Assembly (NCBI GenBank): GCA_963663765.2
Contig: CAXXUA010000015.1
Coordinates: forward strand, 288,001-352,000
Origin: Candidatus Poribacteria bacterium
GTDB lineage: Bacteria; Poribacteria; WGA-4E; WGA-3G
DNA length: 64,000 bases
Direction of reading: 5' to 3'
The translations under genes were made by a program, and so were the position numbers. Of this stretch, positions 28,422 through 39,192 are shown piece by piece (position 1 is the first letter of the stretch; each line of letters starts with the position of its first letter). Under the pieces are notes generated by a model that was given only the letters and a program-made list of their open reading frames with translations, ran no database searches and was not told the DNA's origin.

Positions 28422-30141
28422 CCTACACTCCGCAGTTGTTTAATCAGATTTTAAGTATTTATGTTATACTCTTTATATCTTTATATTAGGAGTATAACAT
28501 CATCACTCAATCTACTTTTACAACACAACGTTTAGATCACCTCGGCATAGTAGCTGGTGTATGTGATCGTATTGACTTGATAAACACTATTGATACTTGT
28601 ATTTCCCCAACGAAACGGAAAGTTTCAGTGGGTGAATCTGTTGTTGCTATGATCTTGAATGCTTTAGGCTTTGTCTCACGCCCACTCTACTTGACACCTG
28701 AGTTTTTTTCAAATAAACCGGTGGATCTATTGATACGCCCTCATCTCTGTGCTGCCGATTTCACGGACGATTGTCTTGGGCGTGCTTTAGATACACTTTA
28801 TGAAAATGGTGTTACCGAACTTTTTGCGACAGTTGCTTCTAAAGCATTATCAACTTATGAGATTGACCATCGTTTTGTTCATCTGGATAGCACCACGTTT
28901 AGTTTTCAGGGGAACTATGATACCGAAACAGTTGATGAACACGCTATTCACATTACCCACGGGTATAGTCGGGATCAGCGTCCGGATCTCAAACAAGTGG
29001 TAGTTCAACTTCTCTGTTCTTATCGGTCTCAGTTCCCTGTATGGTTCGAAGCACTTGATGGAAATCAGTCTGATAAAACAAGTTTTCCCAACACGATCCG
29101 AGAATATTTGTCTCAACTGCGTGGCAGTGATGCCCCTTATTTTGTAGCGGATAGTGCGCTTTATACAGCACAAAACATTGCGAAGCTGCGTGATGTGCGT
29201 TTTATTACGCGTGTGCCGGAAACACTCAAAGCTGTCAAAGAACTCTACCAAACTATTTCGACTGAAGATATGCAGCCAGCATCTCTTGATGGATATAGTT
29301 ATCTATCAGTAGATAGCACCTATGCGGATGTTCCACAAAGGTGGTTAGTTGTTTATTCACAAGCTGCGTATCATCGTGAAGTGGCAACTTTAGTAAAAAA
29401 GATTGCCAAAGCACAGACAGCCGCACAAACATCACTCAATCGTTTACAAAATAAAACGTATGAGACCGATACAGCTGCGGCATCTGCGGCAACAGTCCTT
29501 GCCAAGTCATGGAAATATCATAAACTTCGTTTCTCCATTATTTCTGTTCCACATTACACTACATCGGGACGCCCCAAAAAGACAGCTAAACCGACACATT
29601 TTCGTTATCGGGTTGAAGGTGAAGTTATTGATGATATAGAAACGATTGAAAAACTCAAACGCAGCAAAGGCCGATTTGTCTTAGCTACCAATGAACTTGA
29701 TACAACTTTACTTGACGATGCGACTATCCTTGAAGCATATAAAGCACAGAACGTGTCTGTAGAACGCGGTTTTCGGTTTTTGAAAGACCCCTTATTCTTT
29801 GCCGATAGTCTATATCTTGAAAAACCCCAGCGGATTATGGCATTACTGATGGTGATGGGACTTTCTTTACTTGTTTACGCTCTTGCCGAACGATGGGTTC
29901 GGCAAGAGCTAAAAAAACAAGAACAAACAATACCTAACCAAGTTGGTAAACCCACGCAAAAACCAACACTCAGGCGTATTTTTCAAATGTTTGAAGGCGT
30001 TGATGTATTATTGATAGAACAAAACGAACATATACAACGGTCTATTGTAAATTTAAATGAAATACACACACAAATCATCAACATTTTAGGCATAGAAGTA
30101 AAAAATGTCTATTTTCCAGATCCATAACTGCGGAGTGTAGG
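28422..30141 (+). mobile_element. IS1634-family insertion sequence
   Basis: Perfect 16-bp TIRs CCTACACTCCGCAGTT / AACTGCGGAGTGTAGG; 6-bp TSD ATTAAG (28416-28421, 30142-30147). Confidence 0.92.
28499..30127 (+). CDS. IS1634-family DDE transposase
   Basis: LDHLGIVAG (upstream of the TTG at 28577), HLDSTT, GYSRDQRPDLKQ, VADSALY and VERGFRFLKDP motifs. Start position uncertain. Confidence 0.9.
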   Translation: MITQSTFTTQRLDHLGIVAGVCDRIDLINTIDTCISPTKRKVSVGESVVAMILNALGFVSRPLYLTPEFFSNKPVDLLIRPHLCAADFTDDCLGRALDTLYENGVTELFATVASKALSTYEIDHRFVHLDSTTFSFQGNYDTETVDEHAIHITHGYSRDQRPDLKQVVVQLLCSYRSQFPVWFEALDGNQSDKTSFPNTIREYLSQLRGSDAPYFVADSALYTAQNIAKLRDVRFITRVPETLKAVKELYQTISTEDMQPASLDGYSYLSVDSTYADVPQRWLVVYSQAAYHREVATLVKKIAKAQTAAQTSLNRLQNKTYETDTAAASAATVLAKSWKYHKLRFSIISVPHYTTSGRPKKTAKPTHFRYRVEGEVIDDIETIEKLKRSKGRFVLATNELDTTLLDDATILEAYKAQNVSVERGFRFLKDPLFFADSLYLEKPQRIMALLMVMGLSLLVYALAERWVRQELKKQEQTIPNQVGKPTQKPTLRRIFQMFEGVDVLLIEQNEHIQRSIVNLNEIHTQIINILGIEVKNVYFPDP

Positions 30142-30223
30142 ATTAAGGCATTCCCCGTATGGCATTTGTCGGGACTAAAGAACTGGGGAGGGTAGTCGTT
30201 TTCTATAAACATATCGTCCCTAC

Positions 30224-30329
30224 CAAATCAACGCCAAATGCGCCAAATCAAGAAATCAACGGTATGAATGCCATTAAGGCATTCCCCGGGTATGAATGCC
30301 ATTAAGGCATTCCCCGTATGGCATTTGTC
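30224..30329 (+). repeat. Nested CAAATCAA-led hairpin element inserted in a REP-like palindrome
   Basis: Flanks rejoin to AACATATCGTCCCTAC|GGGACTAAAGA, the reverse complement of the intact copy at ~28276-28302. Confidence 0.8.
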
Positions 30330-30662
30330 GGGACTAAAGAGCGATATTCATTTTTCAATAATCTAAAACTGATGCAGAAAGTTCGGTTAGGAAACCAAAC
30401 CTGGGTATTAACTTTCAGTAAATCTCAAGAACAGAAAACTCTTAAAACTAAATAATCCTGCTATGATAAAAAATTCTTCAACGAAAACCTGAAGTTATTT
30501 TTATTTATATAATCCTAACAATATCACAGAGCAATGGTAGATCAACACTATATACTCATTCAACTGAAGCACTCAAAAATGGCGAAGGTATTGGTAATAT
30601 ATAAAATATTGTTTGTCAAGTCTTTCTTCAATTTTTATTTTGGATGAGTTTTTATGCTTTTT

Positions 30663-33600
30663 CTATTCATCTGGTGCGTCTAATATCTGAATATCATTCA
30701 TAGGTTTACCATCTGGATCAGTAAGACGTAGATAAAATCCGCATTTATCATTCTCATTGCAAACCTTGACCAGAAATGAGTTTATACCTGATTTTAATGT
30801 AACTGGAATAATGGAGTTGTCTATACCTGCAGGTTGGTTTTTTGTCTTTTCGAATAACAGTTCGCCATTAAACCAAATTTTTGCTTGGTTATCACTACCA
30901 AACCGGACTTGTGCTTGTTGTTCTTCGGTGGCGTGAAGAGCTGTCCATGCATAGGAAACAGATTGAGTGATATCTGAACTGAGATGAATAAACCCGTTGA
31001 GAGTATCATCTGTATGTTTTTTCCAACCAATTTGTTCGTCAATTCCATCATATAGTTTCTTTAACTCAATCAAAGATGATTCTTCGGATATGTACTCAGT
31101 GTTGTATCCGATTCCCGCAGTGTTATCAAATGGTCCGATAGCATACCATGCGTCTTCATGAATGAAACCTGTATTTTGCAATTGTTTCATTGCTTTGTTA
31201 TGTTTGTTGTTTTTGCTGTAGAATTCTGCTAATTTGAGTTGGAGTTTAACCCTGAAGTTTTCAGCGTGTGAATTAGTATATTCAGCGGGTAACATCTTTG
31301 TTAAATTTTGTAGTTTTTGTAGGTATAATTCTTCATCGTTGACTTTTTCGCTAATATCAGTGATTTGTCTCCAGAAAAAAATCAATGTGCGTTCATTGCT
31401 TATTTGACTCAAAGCGTATTTGTAGTGCCTTATTGCCTCATCAAATAAACCTTTGACAGCGCATACCTTACCGAGTGTTGTTGGAAAACCGTATCCTGAA
31501 TGTGCCTCTTTGTAATATGAATATTTTGCTAATGTTAGTGCTGCATCTGGGAATAAATCTTTCTCAAGGAGTTCGTCTATAAGACTTAGATATTGCCAAG
31601 GGTTATGTTGATTGTTGAGTGCCTTCTTTTTTAATTTTAACCATTTGGTGTATGCGGAATCTGCATTTTCTTGGTCGCCAGCAATTTTGTAATGGTCGCC
31701 TAATAGTTCGTAGAGGACAGTACTATTTTGCATAATAGGTTTGATTTCTTCAAGGAAAGGAATGATTTCGTTTTCTTGTCCTTGTTGAGTGTAATAGGTA
31801 GTAATTTTTTGAATAATCAAATCGTGATCAATTTGTCTGAGTGGTGCTTCTAATGCCTGGTGATAGGTCGTGATGGCATTTGGATACTGCATTGCTCTAA
31901 TATAAGATGAAGCTAATAGGTCATATAGTTGGTATGATGTAGGATTGAGTTGGATAGCAGTTTCATAAGCGTTGATTGACTTTTCCAGTTGTTCGGATCT
32001 CAAGTTTGTGAAGACTGGTCGTGTGTATTGCTCAGTATTTGCATTCCCAATGAGTTTACCATCATTTTTGTTAGGTGAAGAATCGTTGATTTTACCATTT
32101 GATGTTTCATTAAAGTTCCAATAACCGACCAAGCCGGGTTCATCACCGTTTAACTGTTTATTCATGTCTGTATGGATTTCAGTTTCTGTACGTGCGATGT
32201 TCCAGATTCGCACTTCATCAATTTGTCCGACGAAAGGGGATTGTGCTGATTGCTCTTCTTCATGTGAGGAACCGATTCGGAGTGGTAGTCGACTTCTATA
32301 TAAGAATTCTTTATGTCTGAAATCTCTTTCTGCAATTTTATAGCCGTTTATGAAAAGTTGCATGGAGTTGTTCTTTGCATCAATGACAGCAGCGATATGA
32401 TGCCATCTGTTGAGTTGGATAACATTCGGAAGAGCATAGAGTGATGCCTCACCTGCGCCACCTGGTGATGCGGCTAACTGAATTTGTCCCCCTTTCTTTA
32501 GGTATAGAATATAGCTGCGGTTCTTGATGTCTGGAACGCGTTTATCACCTTTGAAGATAATTGGTGCATATCTGTTTGGATATGCGGTGGGTTTTATCCA
32601 TGCGGAAACTGTCACCTGTTCTGAAATTTTGTTTAGTGTAAGACTGTCGTCTATTTCTACATAACTTCCATTACCTGAGAGATTTAACGCGGTGTCTTCA
32701 ATTACCTTCCCTGTATCACCTCTTTTATGTGGAAGTTTTTGATAAAGCTCTCCCAATTTTTTGTACCATTGTGATTTATCTGGTTCAAGGTTGGTGAGAT
32801 TTTCATATTGATTAACTGCTTCCAAAAGGTTTTCTGTTGCTTCGTAACTTTCAGCAAGTTTTGCAATCAGTGTGGGATCGTTTGGATTTTCTTCAACCGC
32901 TTTCAATTGTTCTGGTATCCATTTTTCATATAGTTTTGCTTCTTTTGCGATTTTGTCTATTTCAGCATTTGCGCTTCTTGTTAAGTAGTTTTCCTCATCA
33001 ATATTTTTCACCTTCTGATATGTTTGAAATGCTTCTTCAAATCGTTTTGCTTTTTGGTAACTACTTGCAAGGATAAAATATAGGTACTTCAAATCCCATT
33101 TGTTGTTATTGTTCTCTACGATATTGATAGCATCATTTGCGATTTTGATAGCGGGTTCATACATTTTATTGTTAAGACATAAGGTTGCGAGTGCACCTTG
33201 GAATGAAGTGTCGTTTTTGAAACTACTTGTCGGTAATGCAGTTTCAGCTTGTTTCAACAAATCATTCGTCTTTTCAAGTTGTTTGATCTTTTTGTATGCC
33301 ACAGCTGCGAGAATTAAGCTGCGAATATTATTGGGTTCTAATTTGCTAAGTTTGAGATATGCTGCGGCAGCTTGATGATAGTCATTAGTTTTCCAATAGG
33401 ATTCAGCGAGTAATTCCATATTATCTGTGTTGTTCGTATCCTTTTCAAGATTACTTTCAATAAGTGCAATTAATGTTTCAAGTTCTCCTTGCTTATAAAA
33501 AGCATTAATTAGAGCTTCACGTTCTTTATCCCCTATAAAATTGACTGTAATACCCGATGAACCAAAGGTTGATGAAATGGTTTTTAATCTGGGTTGTCCT

Positions 33601-34520
33601 GACACTTCAGTTTCGTAGAATTCTAATGCAAGATCATTCTTGTTATTTTTGATGTATGTTTTCAGTAAATCTTCAATACCTCTACTTCGTTCATGGATGT
33701 TATTCTCCATTTGGTCGAGAACTTTCTTGTAAGCATCAGAAGCTTTTTCGTATTCACCTTTTTTAATTAAGATTTTAGCATGTTCTCTTAGCATTGCGGT
33801 GGTGATAGATCCATCGGTTTCTGCTTTTTCTAACATCTCTTCCAAATTACCCTGATAACGGTATAGGTTTATTAGCCGCTGTCCATTTTTCTGTTTGTCC
33901 CACTCGTGTGTAGAGTGTAAGTCAGCTTCCTTTAATGCTTTTTCGGCTGCGTTTAAATCATCAGTGAGATAATATAAATCGGTTAGGTTTAGGAATATAT
34001 CTTTGTTAGTGTGTCTTAATTCAATTGCTTTCTTGTAGTTTGCAATTGCCTCTTCATATTTCTCTTCATCAGTGTAAAGTTTTGCGAGTCGAAAGTAGTG
34101 TTTGCCAACTTCAGGTTGTGATAGAATAAATGACTGGATGAGTTCAAGTGCTTTGTTGTTCTGACCTGTCGTGATGACACTTTCAAAGAGTTTGTCTTGA
34201 TAGCTTGCATTTACAGGGTCACCGTCAAGTAGTTCATTCCAGATTTGAGTTGCTTTTTCGTGTTGTTTAGTTTGTGTGTAAAGGTTTGCAAGTTGTTTTT
34301 GCGATTCTATGTTGTTGGGTGCAGCGTTTACAATTCTTTCATACATATCAATAGCTTCGTCAATTTTGTTTTGCTTGATGTAATCTTGTGCTATTTTGAT
34401 GAATTCTTGAACAGACGGATCAGTCTTTTCAGTTTCTTGAGCATCAAGAGCTGCATTGAGTGATACGATAGTGATTGTAATTAGTAGGCATAAGTAGTAC
34501 AACATTTTTTTGTAAGTCAT
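30663..34520 (-). CDS. Large secreted TPR-repeat protein with embedded LamG domain and C-terminal PA14-like domain
   Basis: Signal peptide; TPR helices; TVSAWIKP...GQIDEVRIWN...GLVGYWNFNE; GSDNQAKIWFNG. Confidence 0.88.
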   Translation of the reverse strand: MTYKKMLYYLCLLITITIVSLNAALDAQETEKTDPSVQEFIKIAQDYIKQNKIDEAIDMYERIVNAAPNNIESQKQLANLYTQTKQHEKATQIWNELLDGDPVNASYQDKLFESVITTGQNNKALELIQSFILSQPEVGKHYFRLAKLYTDEEKYEEAIANYKKAIELRHTNKDIFLNLTDLYYLTDDLNAAEKALKEADLHSTHEWDKQKNGQRLINLYRYQGNLEEMLEKAETDGSITTAMLREHAKILIKKGEYEKASDAYKKVLDQMENNIHERSRGIEDLLKTYIKNNKNDLALEFYETEVSGQPRLKTISSTFGSSGITVNFIGDKEREALINAFYKQGELETLIALIESNLEKDTNNTDNMELLAESYWKTNDYHQAAAAYLKLSKLEPNNIRSLILAAVAYKKIKQLEKTNDLLKQAETALPTSSFKNDTSFQGALATLCLNNKMYEPAIKIANDAINIVENNNNKWDLKYLYFILASSYQKAKRFEEAFQTYQKVKNIDEENYLTRSANAEIDKIAKEAKLYEKWIPEQLKAVEENPNDPTLIAKLAESYEATENLLEAVNQYENLTNLEPDKSQWYKKLGELYQKLPHKRGDTGKVIEDTALNLSGNGSYVEIDDSLTLNKISEQVTVSAWIKPTAYPNRYAPIIFKGDKRVPDIKNRSYILYLKKGGQIQLAASPGGAGEASLYALPNVIQLNRWHHIAAVIDAKNNSMQLFINGYKIAERDFRHKEFLYRSRLPLRIGSSHEEEQSAQSPFVGQIDEVRIWNIARTETEIHTDMNKQLNGDEPGLVGYWNFNETSNGKINDSSPNKNDGKLIGNANTEQYTRPVFTNLRSEQLEKSINAYETAIQLNPTSYQLYDLLASSYIRAMQYPNAITTYHQALEAPLRQIDHDLIIQKITTYYTQQGQENEIIPFLEEIKPIMQNSTVLYELLGDHYKIAGDQENADSAYTKWLKLKKKALNNQHNPWQYLSLIDELLEKDLFPDAALTLAKYSYYKEAHSGYGFPTTLGKVCAVKGLFDEAIRHYKYALSQISNERTLIFFWRQITDISEKVNDEELYLQKLQNLTKMLPAEYTNSHAENFRVKLQLKLAEFYSKNNKHNKAMKQLQNTGFIHEDAWYAIGPFDNTAGIGYNTEYISEESSLIELKKLYDGIDEQIGWKKHTDDTLNGFIHLSSDITQSVSYAWTALHATEEQQAQVRFGSDNQAKIWFNGELLFEKTKNQPAGIDNSIIPVTLKSGINSFLVKVCNENDKCGFYLRLTDPDGKPMNDIQILDAPDE

Positions 34521-34533
34521 TATATTGTATCTC

Positions 34534-36588
34534 CTATGAAATTGTGGAAGTTTTTCCTTTCAGTTCTTTTATTTGGTCGCGTAGTTTTGCTGCGAGTTCA
34601 AAATCAAGGTCTATAGCAGCTTTGTGCATTTGACGAGTTAGGTCGTCGATTATTGTTTCAATGTCTTCAATTGCGCTTGTTTCTTTAACCATTGGAATAG
34701 GATCATCAGGTTCTTCAGTTAAGTATTCCTCTGTAGATTCAGAGATAAGTTGCTGAATTGCTTTTTGAATAGTTGCGGGTGTAATGTCATTATCTTCGTT
34801 GTATTTGAACTGGATTTCACGACGGCGGGAGGTCTCCGCGATTGCATCAGCCATTGCATCCGTGATGGTATCACCGTACATTAGGACTTCTCCATCAACG
34901 TTCCGCGCTGCGCGACCAGATGTTTGGACAAGCGATGTGACGGAACGTAGAAAACCAGGACGGTCAGCGTCAAGGATGGCTACAAGAGAGACTTCAGGTA
35001 GGTCGAGACCTTCCCGCAATAGATTTATACCTATGAGTACATCAAATTCACCTTCACGTAGTTGTCGTAGGATTCTTGCTCTATCAAAGACATCAATTTC
35101 AGAATGCATGTAGTTTGCTCGGATGCCTGCTTCAATAAAATACTCGCTTAGATCTTCTGCCATCCGTTTTGTGAGTGTTGTTACCAACACGCGTTGTTTC
35201 TGTTTTACACGTTCATTTATCTTACCGATGAGATGGTCGATTTGTCCACGAACGGGATGTACAGAGATTTGTGGGTCTATCAAACCTGTGGGACGTATGA
35301 TCTGTTCAACTATTTTGCCGCCTTCTTCCATTTCGTATTTTCCGGGTGTAGCAGAAACATATATGACTTGATCAATATAGGCTTCTACCTCCTCAAATTT
35401 TAGGGGTCTGTTGTCTAATGCGGACGGTAGACGGAAGCCGTATTCAACGAGTGTTGTTTTTCTTGCACGGTCACCTCGGTACATACCTTTTAGTTGTGGG
35501 ATTGTAACATGTGATTCATCTATGAATATGAAGAAATCAGCAGGAAAATAGTTGAGAAGGCAGTATGGTGGTTCTCCCGGTTGCAAACCGGACAGATGTC
35601 GTGAATAGTTTTCAATTCCTGAACAGTAACCGACCTCACGTAACATTTCTAAATCGAACCTTGTTCTTTGTTCAATGCGTTGTGCTTCAAGGAGTTTGTT
35701 TTCTTTTTCAAAAGTTGCGATTCTGTCATGGAGTTCAAGTTCAATGTTGATCAGAGCATCCTCAAAGATGTCAGCATTAGTCATGAAATGTTTTGCAGGA
35801 TATATTTCCAGTGTATGCAGTTTGTTTAATATTTCTCCAGTAACTGTATCTATTTCGCAAATTCTATCCACTTCATCTCCGAAGAGTTCAATTCGGAATG
35901 CGCTTTCACTATATGCTGGAAACACTTCTATTACATCTCCGCGAACGCGAAAAGTTCCTTGCCAAAAGTCAACGTCGTTTCGGACGTACTGGATATCCAC
36001 TAAAGCGCGTAGGAACTCATCTCTTTTAATGTAATTGCCGACTTCTAAATCAACCTTTTGTCCTTCAAATTCGCGGGGTGAACCGAGACCGTATAAACAG
36101 GAAACACTTGCTACAATGATGACATCTTGTCTTGACATCAGGGATGCGGTTGAAGCGAGTCGCATGCGTGTGATTTCCTCGTTAATTCGGACATCCTTTT
36201 CAATAAAAGTATCGGTAGATGGGATGTATGCTTCAGGTTGATAGTATTCGTAATCGCTGACGAAATAGTGGACAGCATTGTGTGGGAAAAAGGATTTGAA
36301 TTCGTGGTAGAGTTGTGCGGAGAGCGTTTTATTTGGTGAAATGACGAGTGTTGGACGTTGGATATTCTGTATGACATTCGCCATTGTATAGGTCTTACCC
36401 GAACCTGTAACACCTAACAAAGTTTGTGCTCTCTCGCCTTTTAGAATTCCGTTAGTGAGTTTTTCGATTGCTTGTGGTTGGTCTCCCTGTGGATCGAATT
36501 CCGATGTTAATTCAAAAGGTGTTGATGGTATTTCATGATTTACATTGATGGGTGAAATTGATGGGCGCGGTTCAAAGTGCTCTCTCAT
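34534..36588 (-). CDS. uvrB: Excinuclease ABC subunit B
   Basis: GVTGSGKT, YYQPEAY, DESH, GINLLREGLDLPEV and C-terminal UVR domain. Confidence 0.98.
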   Translation of the reverse strand: MREHFEPRPSISPINVNHEIPSTPFELTSEFDPQGDQPQAIEKLTNGILKGERAQTLLGVTGSGKTYTMANVIQNIQRPTLVISPNKTLSAQLYHEFKSFFPHNAVHYFVSDYEYYQPEAYIPSTDTFIEKDVRINEEITRMRLASTASLMSRQDVIIVASVSCLYGLGSPREFEGQKVDLEVGNYIKRDEFLRALVDIQYVRNDVDFWQGTFRVRGDVIEVFPAYSESAFRIELFGDEVDRICEIDTVTGEILNKLHTLEIYPAKHFMTNADIFEDALINIELELHDRIATFEKENKLLEAQRIEQRTRFDLEMLREVGYCSGIENYSRHLSGLQPGEPPYCLLNYFPADFFIFIDESHVTIPQLKGMYRGDRARKTTLVEYGFRLPSALDNRPLKFEEVEAYIDQVIYVSATPGKYEMEEGGKIVEQIIRPTGLIDPQISVHPVRGQIDHLIGKINERVKQKQRVLVTTLTKRMAEDLSEYFIEAGIRANYMHSEIDVFDRARILRQLREGEFDVLIGINLLREGLDLPEVSLVAILDADRPGFLRSVTSLVQTSGRAARNVDGEVLMYGDTITDAMADAIAETSRRREIQFKYNEDNDITPATIQKAIQQLISESTEEYLTEEPDDPIPMVKETSAIEDIETIIDDLTRQMHKAAIDLDFELAAKLRDQIKELKGKTSTIS

Positions 36589-36645
36589 TTCTATTCCTAT
36601 AGTTTTCTCATGTTATACTGGATATTTATATAAAAGGCAACATAT

Positions 36646-39177
36646 TTAATGTTTATCACAGATTTTGGTAGGTGCTTGTCCGATTATAAAAGGTTCGTTA
36701 CTGACATTTTCTTCTGGACAGTTTTCTTTGTTTTTAAGTAGCCCCGTTGTGTTATCAATTTCCCAGAATTCAATTCCCTCTGGTACAGCGAATTCTCTTT
36801 CTGGACCTCTTGATGCGTCATCAATGAATTCTGCCCAGATGGGAAGAGCAGCCCATGCTCCCTGTTCGTTGTAGTTTCGTACATTACTTTTTTGTCTGTC
36901 AAGACCGACCCACACACCTACAACCATGTCAGCGGAATACCCAACGAACCAAGCATCTACATTCTCATTAGTAGTGCCAGTTTTTCCGCCAATTGGACGT
37001 GTGATGTAATATGGTTTACGTAATGCGCGGTTCCCTGTTCCTTTCTTAATAACACTTTGAAGGAAGGATGTGATCTGATATGCGACTTTTTCATCTATAA
37101 CACGTGTACGATCCTGTTGGTAGCTGTCTGTTGGATAAATCAGGTTTCCATCAGGGTCAGTAATATACTCAATGTATCTTGGCTCAACTTTTATACCTCG
37201 ATTTGCAAATACACCATAAGCGGAAGTTAATTCCAGTACTGTCATACCAAATGAACCTAAAGTAAGTGCAGGTTTTTTGGGGTCCATTGCAGTTGAAATC
37301 CCGAAATCTTTTGCGAGTTCAACGATTCTAACAATTCCATCTCTATATCCGTCTTCAGTGATTTTTGTTTCCCATGCGGCTCTTGCTGTTGGTACGTTAA
37401 TTGATTTCATTAGTATTTTCCTGACTGTGACAGGTCCATCATGTTTATATTTAGTATAGTTGTCAACTTCCCAAATCTGACCAGGTACGTGTTCAATCGC
37501 CCAAGGTTCATCTATTATGATTGTGGCTGGTGTGAGTATAGCAGGATCTTCCATAAGAGCAGCGAAGACGATAGGTTTGAATGCTGAACCTGGTTGTCGC
37601 TTTGAACTTCCTACTGCACGGTTTAGGAAGTTGTGATAGCTCATTTTTTTGATATGAGGATTATTACCATTAATGCTATATTCACGTCCACCGACCATTG
37701 CTTTAACATAGCCGGATTGTGGGTCAAAAGCGATTAGAGCGGCTTGCAAATAGTTTTCTTGAGGGTGAATACCTTGAGGATTATTTTTGTTTTGATCATA
37801 ATTTGGTACGTGAGTACCCCATCTTCCATCCATATACCGTAAATGTTTTGCAACAGCATTCATAGCGATGGATTGCATGGACATGTCAATTGTAGTGTAT
37901 ACTTTCAAACCTTCACTGTATAAACTATCTTTGAGTTCAGAGATGTTGCTAAGTTCAGATTGAATGTGGTCTAAGAAGTGACCAGCAGTATTCTGTTTTT
38001 CTCTTAATAAAGTCTGTGTTGGTATCTGGACATGTATCGGTTGAATTCGGTTATTTTCGTATTCCTGTTGGTTTATAAAACCTTGATTGAACATTGCATT
38101 TAGGACGACATTGCGACGTTTTTTTGCATTTTCAGGGTTTGTCAATGGGGAGTACATAGATGTGCCTTTTGGAATTCCTGCCAGTAGAGCACATTCATGA
38201 AAATCGAGTTCAGCGACTTCTTTTTCAAAGAAAGCCATAGCTGCTTTTTGTACACCATAGAGTTGTTGTCCCCCAAATCTACCGAAGTCAATAAAGTTGA
38301 GATATGCTTCAAGGATTTGTGATTTTGAAAGAGTTTTTTCAATTCTGAATGCGAGTAAAATTTCTCTTGTTTTTCGTGCAAGTGTCCGCTGATTTTTTTC
38401 TGATTGCAGGTAGAAATTGCGTGTGAGTTGCTGCGTTAGTGTGCTTGTTGCACCGAGTCTTTCTCCCCCTAAAAACGCATCCTTAAATGCGCCACCGAGT
38501 CGGATTATGTCAATACCTGTATGTTGAAAGAAACGTCTATCTTCAATAGCAATGAAAGCGTCAGTCAATTTTGCTGGCATTGAATCCAGGGATATGATAG
38601 TTCGTGTCGTATCATCAAGACCTGATGATTCTTGTATTAGTTCTGGTTCAAGGAAGAAGTTTATAATTGAGATACCATCTGAGTTTAGAATAGTATCAAG
38701 TTTTCCATTTTTGACATTGAGATGCAGTCGTTTTGCTTCAGTTCCAGTGGTCATATTTGGATATTCAAATTCTCGTAGGAATATATCTATTGTTCCATTC
38801 TCTTTCCCTTTTTCTCCAGTGAGTTTGTGTGAATATTGTCCTGGATAGTTTACCCCTTTTCCATCGTTTTTTAATTCCTCATAGTCCAAACGATGTTTCT
38901 GGAGTTTATCAATCAGAAATGCAGCAGAATCTTTGCGTTGTACTTCACATATAGATGAATATACTTCAAGGTGCTGTCGCCAAGTTTGTGAATCGTTTTT
39001 GTATTCTAAGTTGATCAAATCAATTTCAGCAACATCTTCCCAACATCCAAGCATAAATCCGCTTGCAACGCCTATTCCAAAGCAGATAACAAGGAAGATA
39101 AGGATAAGACCCAGGAAGATTGTACTAAGGATTACTTGTAATGTATTATACAATAACTTTTTCATATTATACTCCAC
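36646..39177 (-). CDS. Class A penicillin-binding protein (transglycosylase/transpeptidase, PBP1B-like)
   Basis: EDRRF, GATSTLTQQL, SAFK (SxxK), SIN (SxN) and KTGT motifs; N-terminal TM segment. Confidence 0.92.
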   Translation of the reverse strand: MEYNMKKLLYNTLQVILSTIFLGLILIFLVICFGIGVASGFMLGCWEDVAEIDLINLEYKNDSQTWRQHLEVYSSICEVQRKDSAAFLIDKLQKHRLDYEELKNDGKGVNYPGQYSHKLTGEKGKENGTIDIFLREFEYPNMTTGTEAKRLHLNVKNGKLDTILNSDGISIINFFLEPELIQESSGLDDTTRTIISLDSMPAKLTDAFIAIEDRRFFQHTGIDIIRLGGAFKDAFLGGERLGATSTLTQQLTRNFYLQSEKNQRTLARKTREILLAFRIEKTLSKSQILEAYLNFIDFGRFGGQQLYGVQKAAMAFFEKEVAELDFHECALLAGIPKGTSMYSPLTNPENAKKRRNVVLNAMFNQGFINQQEYENNRIQPIHVQIPTQTLLREKQNTAGHFLDHIQSELSNISELKDSLYSEGLKVYTTIDMSMQSIAMNAVAKHLRYMDGRWGTHVPNYDQNKNNPQGIHPQENYLQAALIAFDPQSGYVKAMVGGREYSINGNNPHIKKMSYHNFLNRAVGSSKRQPGSAFKPIVFAALMEDPAILTPATIIIDEPWAIEHVPGQIWEVDNYTKYKHDGPVTVRKILMKSINVPTARAAWETKITEDGYRDGIVRIVELAKDFGISTAMDPKKPALTLGSFGMTVLELTSAYGVFANRGIKVEPRYIEYITDPDGNLIYPTDSYQQDRTRVIDEKVAYQITSFLQSVIKKGTGNRALRKPYYITRPIGGKTGTTNENVDAWFVGYSADMVVGVWVGLDRQKSNVRNYNEQGAWAALPIWAEFIDDASRGPEREFAVPEGIEFWEIDNTTGLLKNKENCPEENVSNEPFIIGQAPTKICDKH

Positions 39178-39192
39178 TATTTGTGAAATAAA

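Larger units (their letters stand above)
28199..30460. mobile_element. MITE with ISAs1-type ends enclosing REPs, hairpin inserts and the IS1634 element
   Basis: CAGGGTTATTCAGTTTTC ... TAAAACTAAATAATCCTG resemble the ISAs1 TIRs at 58856/60170; flanks ATGTGATAA / CTATGATAA (7/9). Confidence 0.6.
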
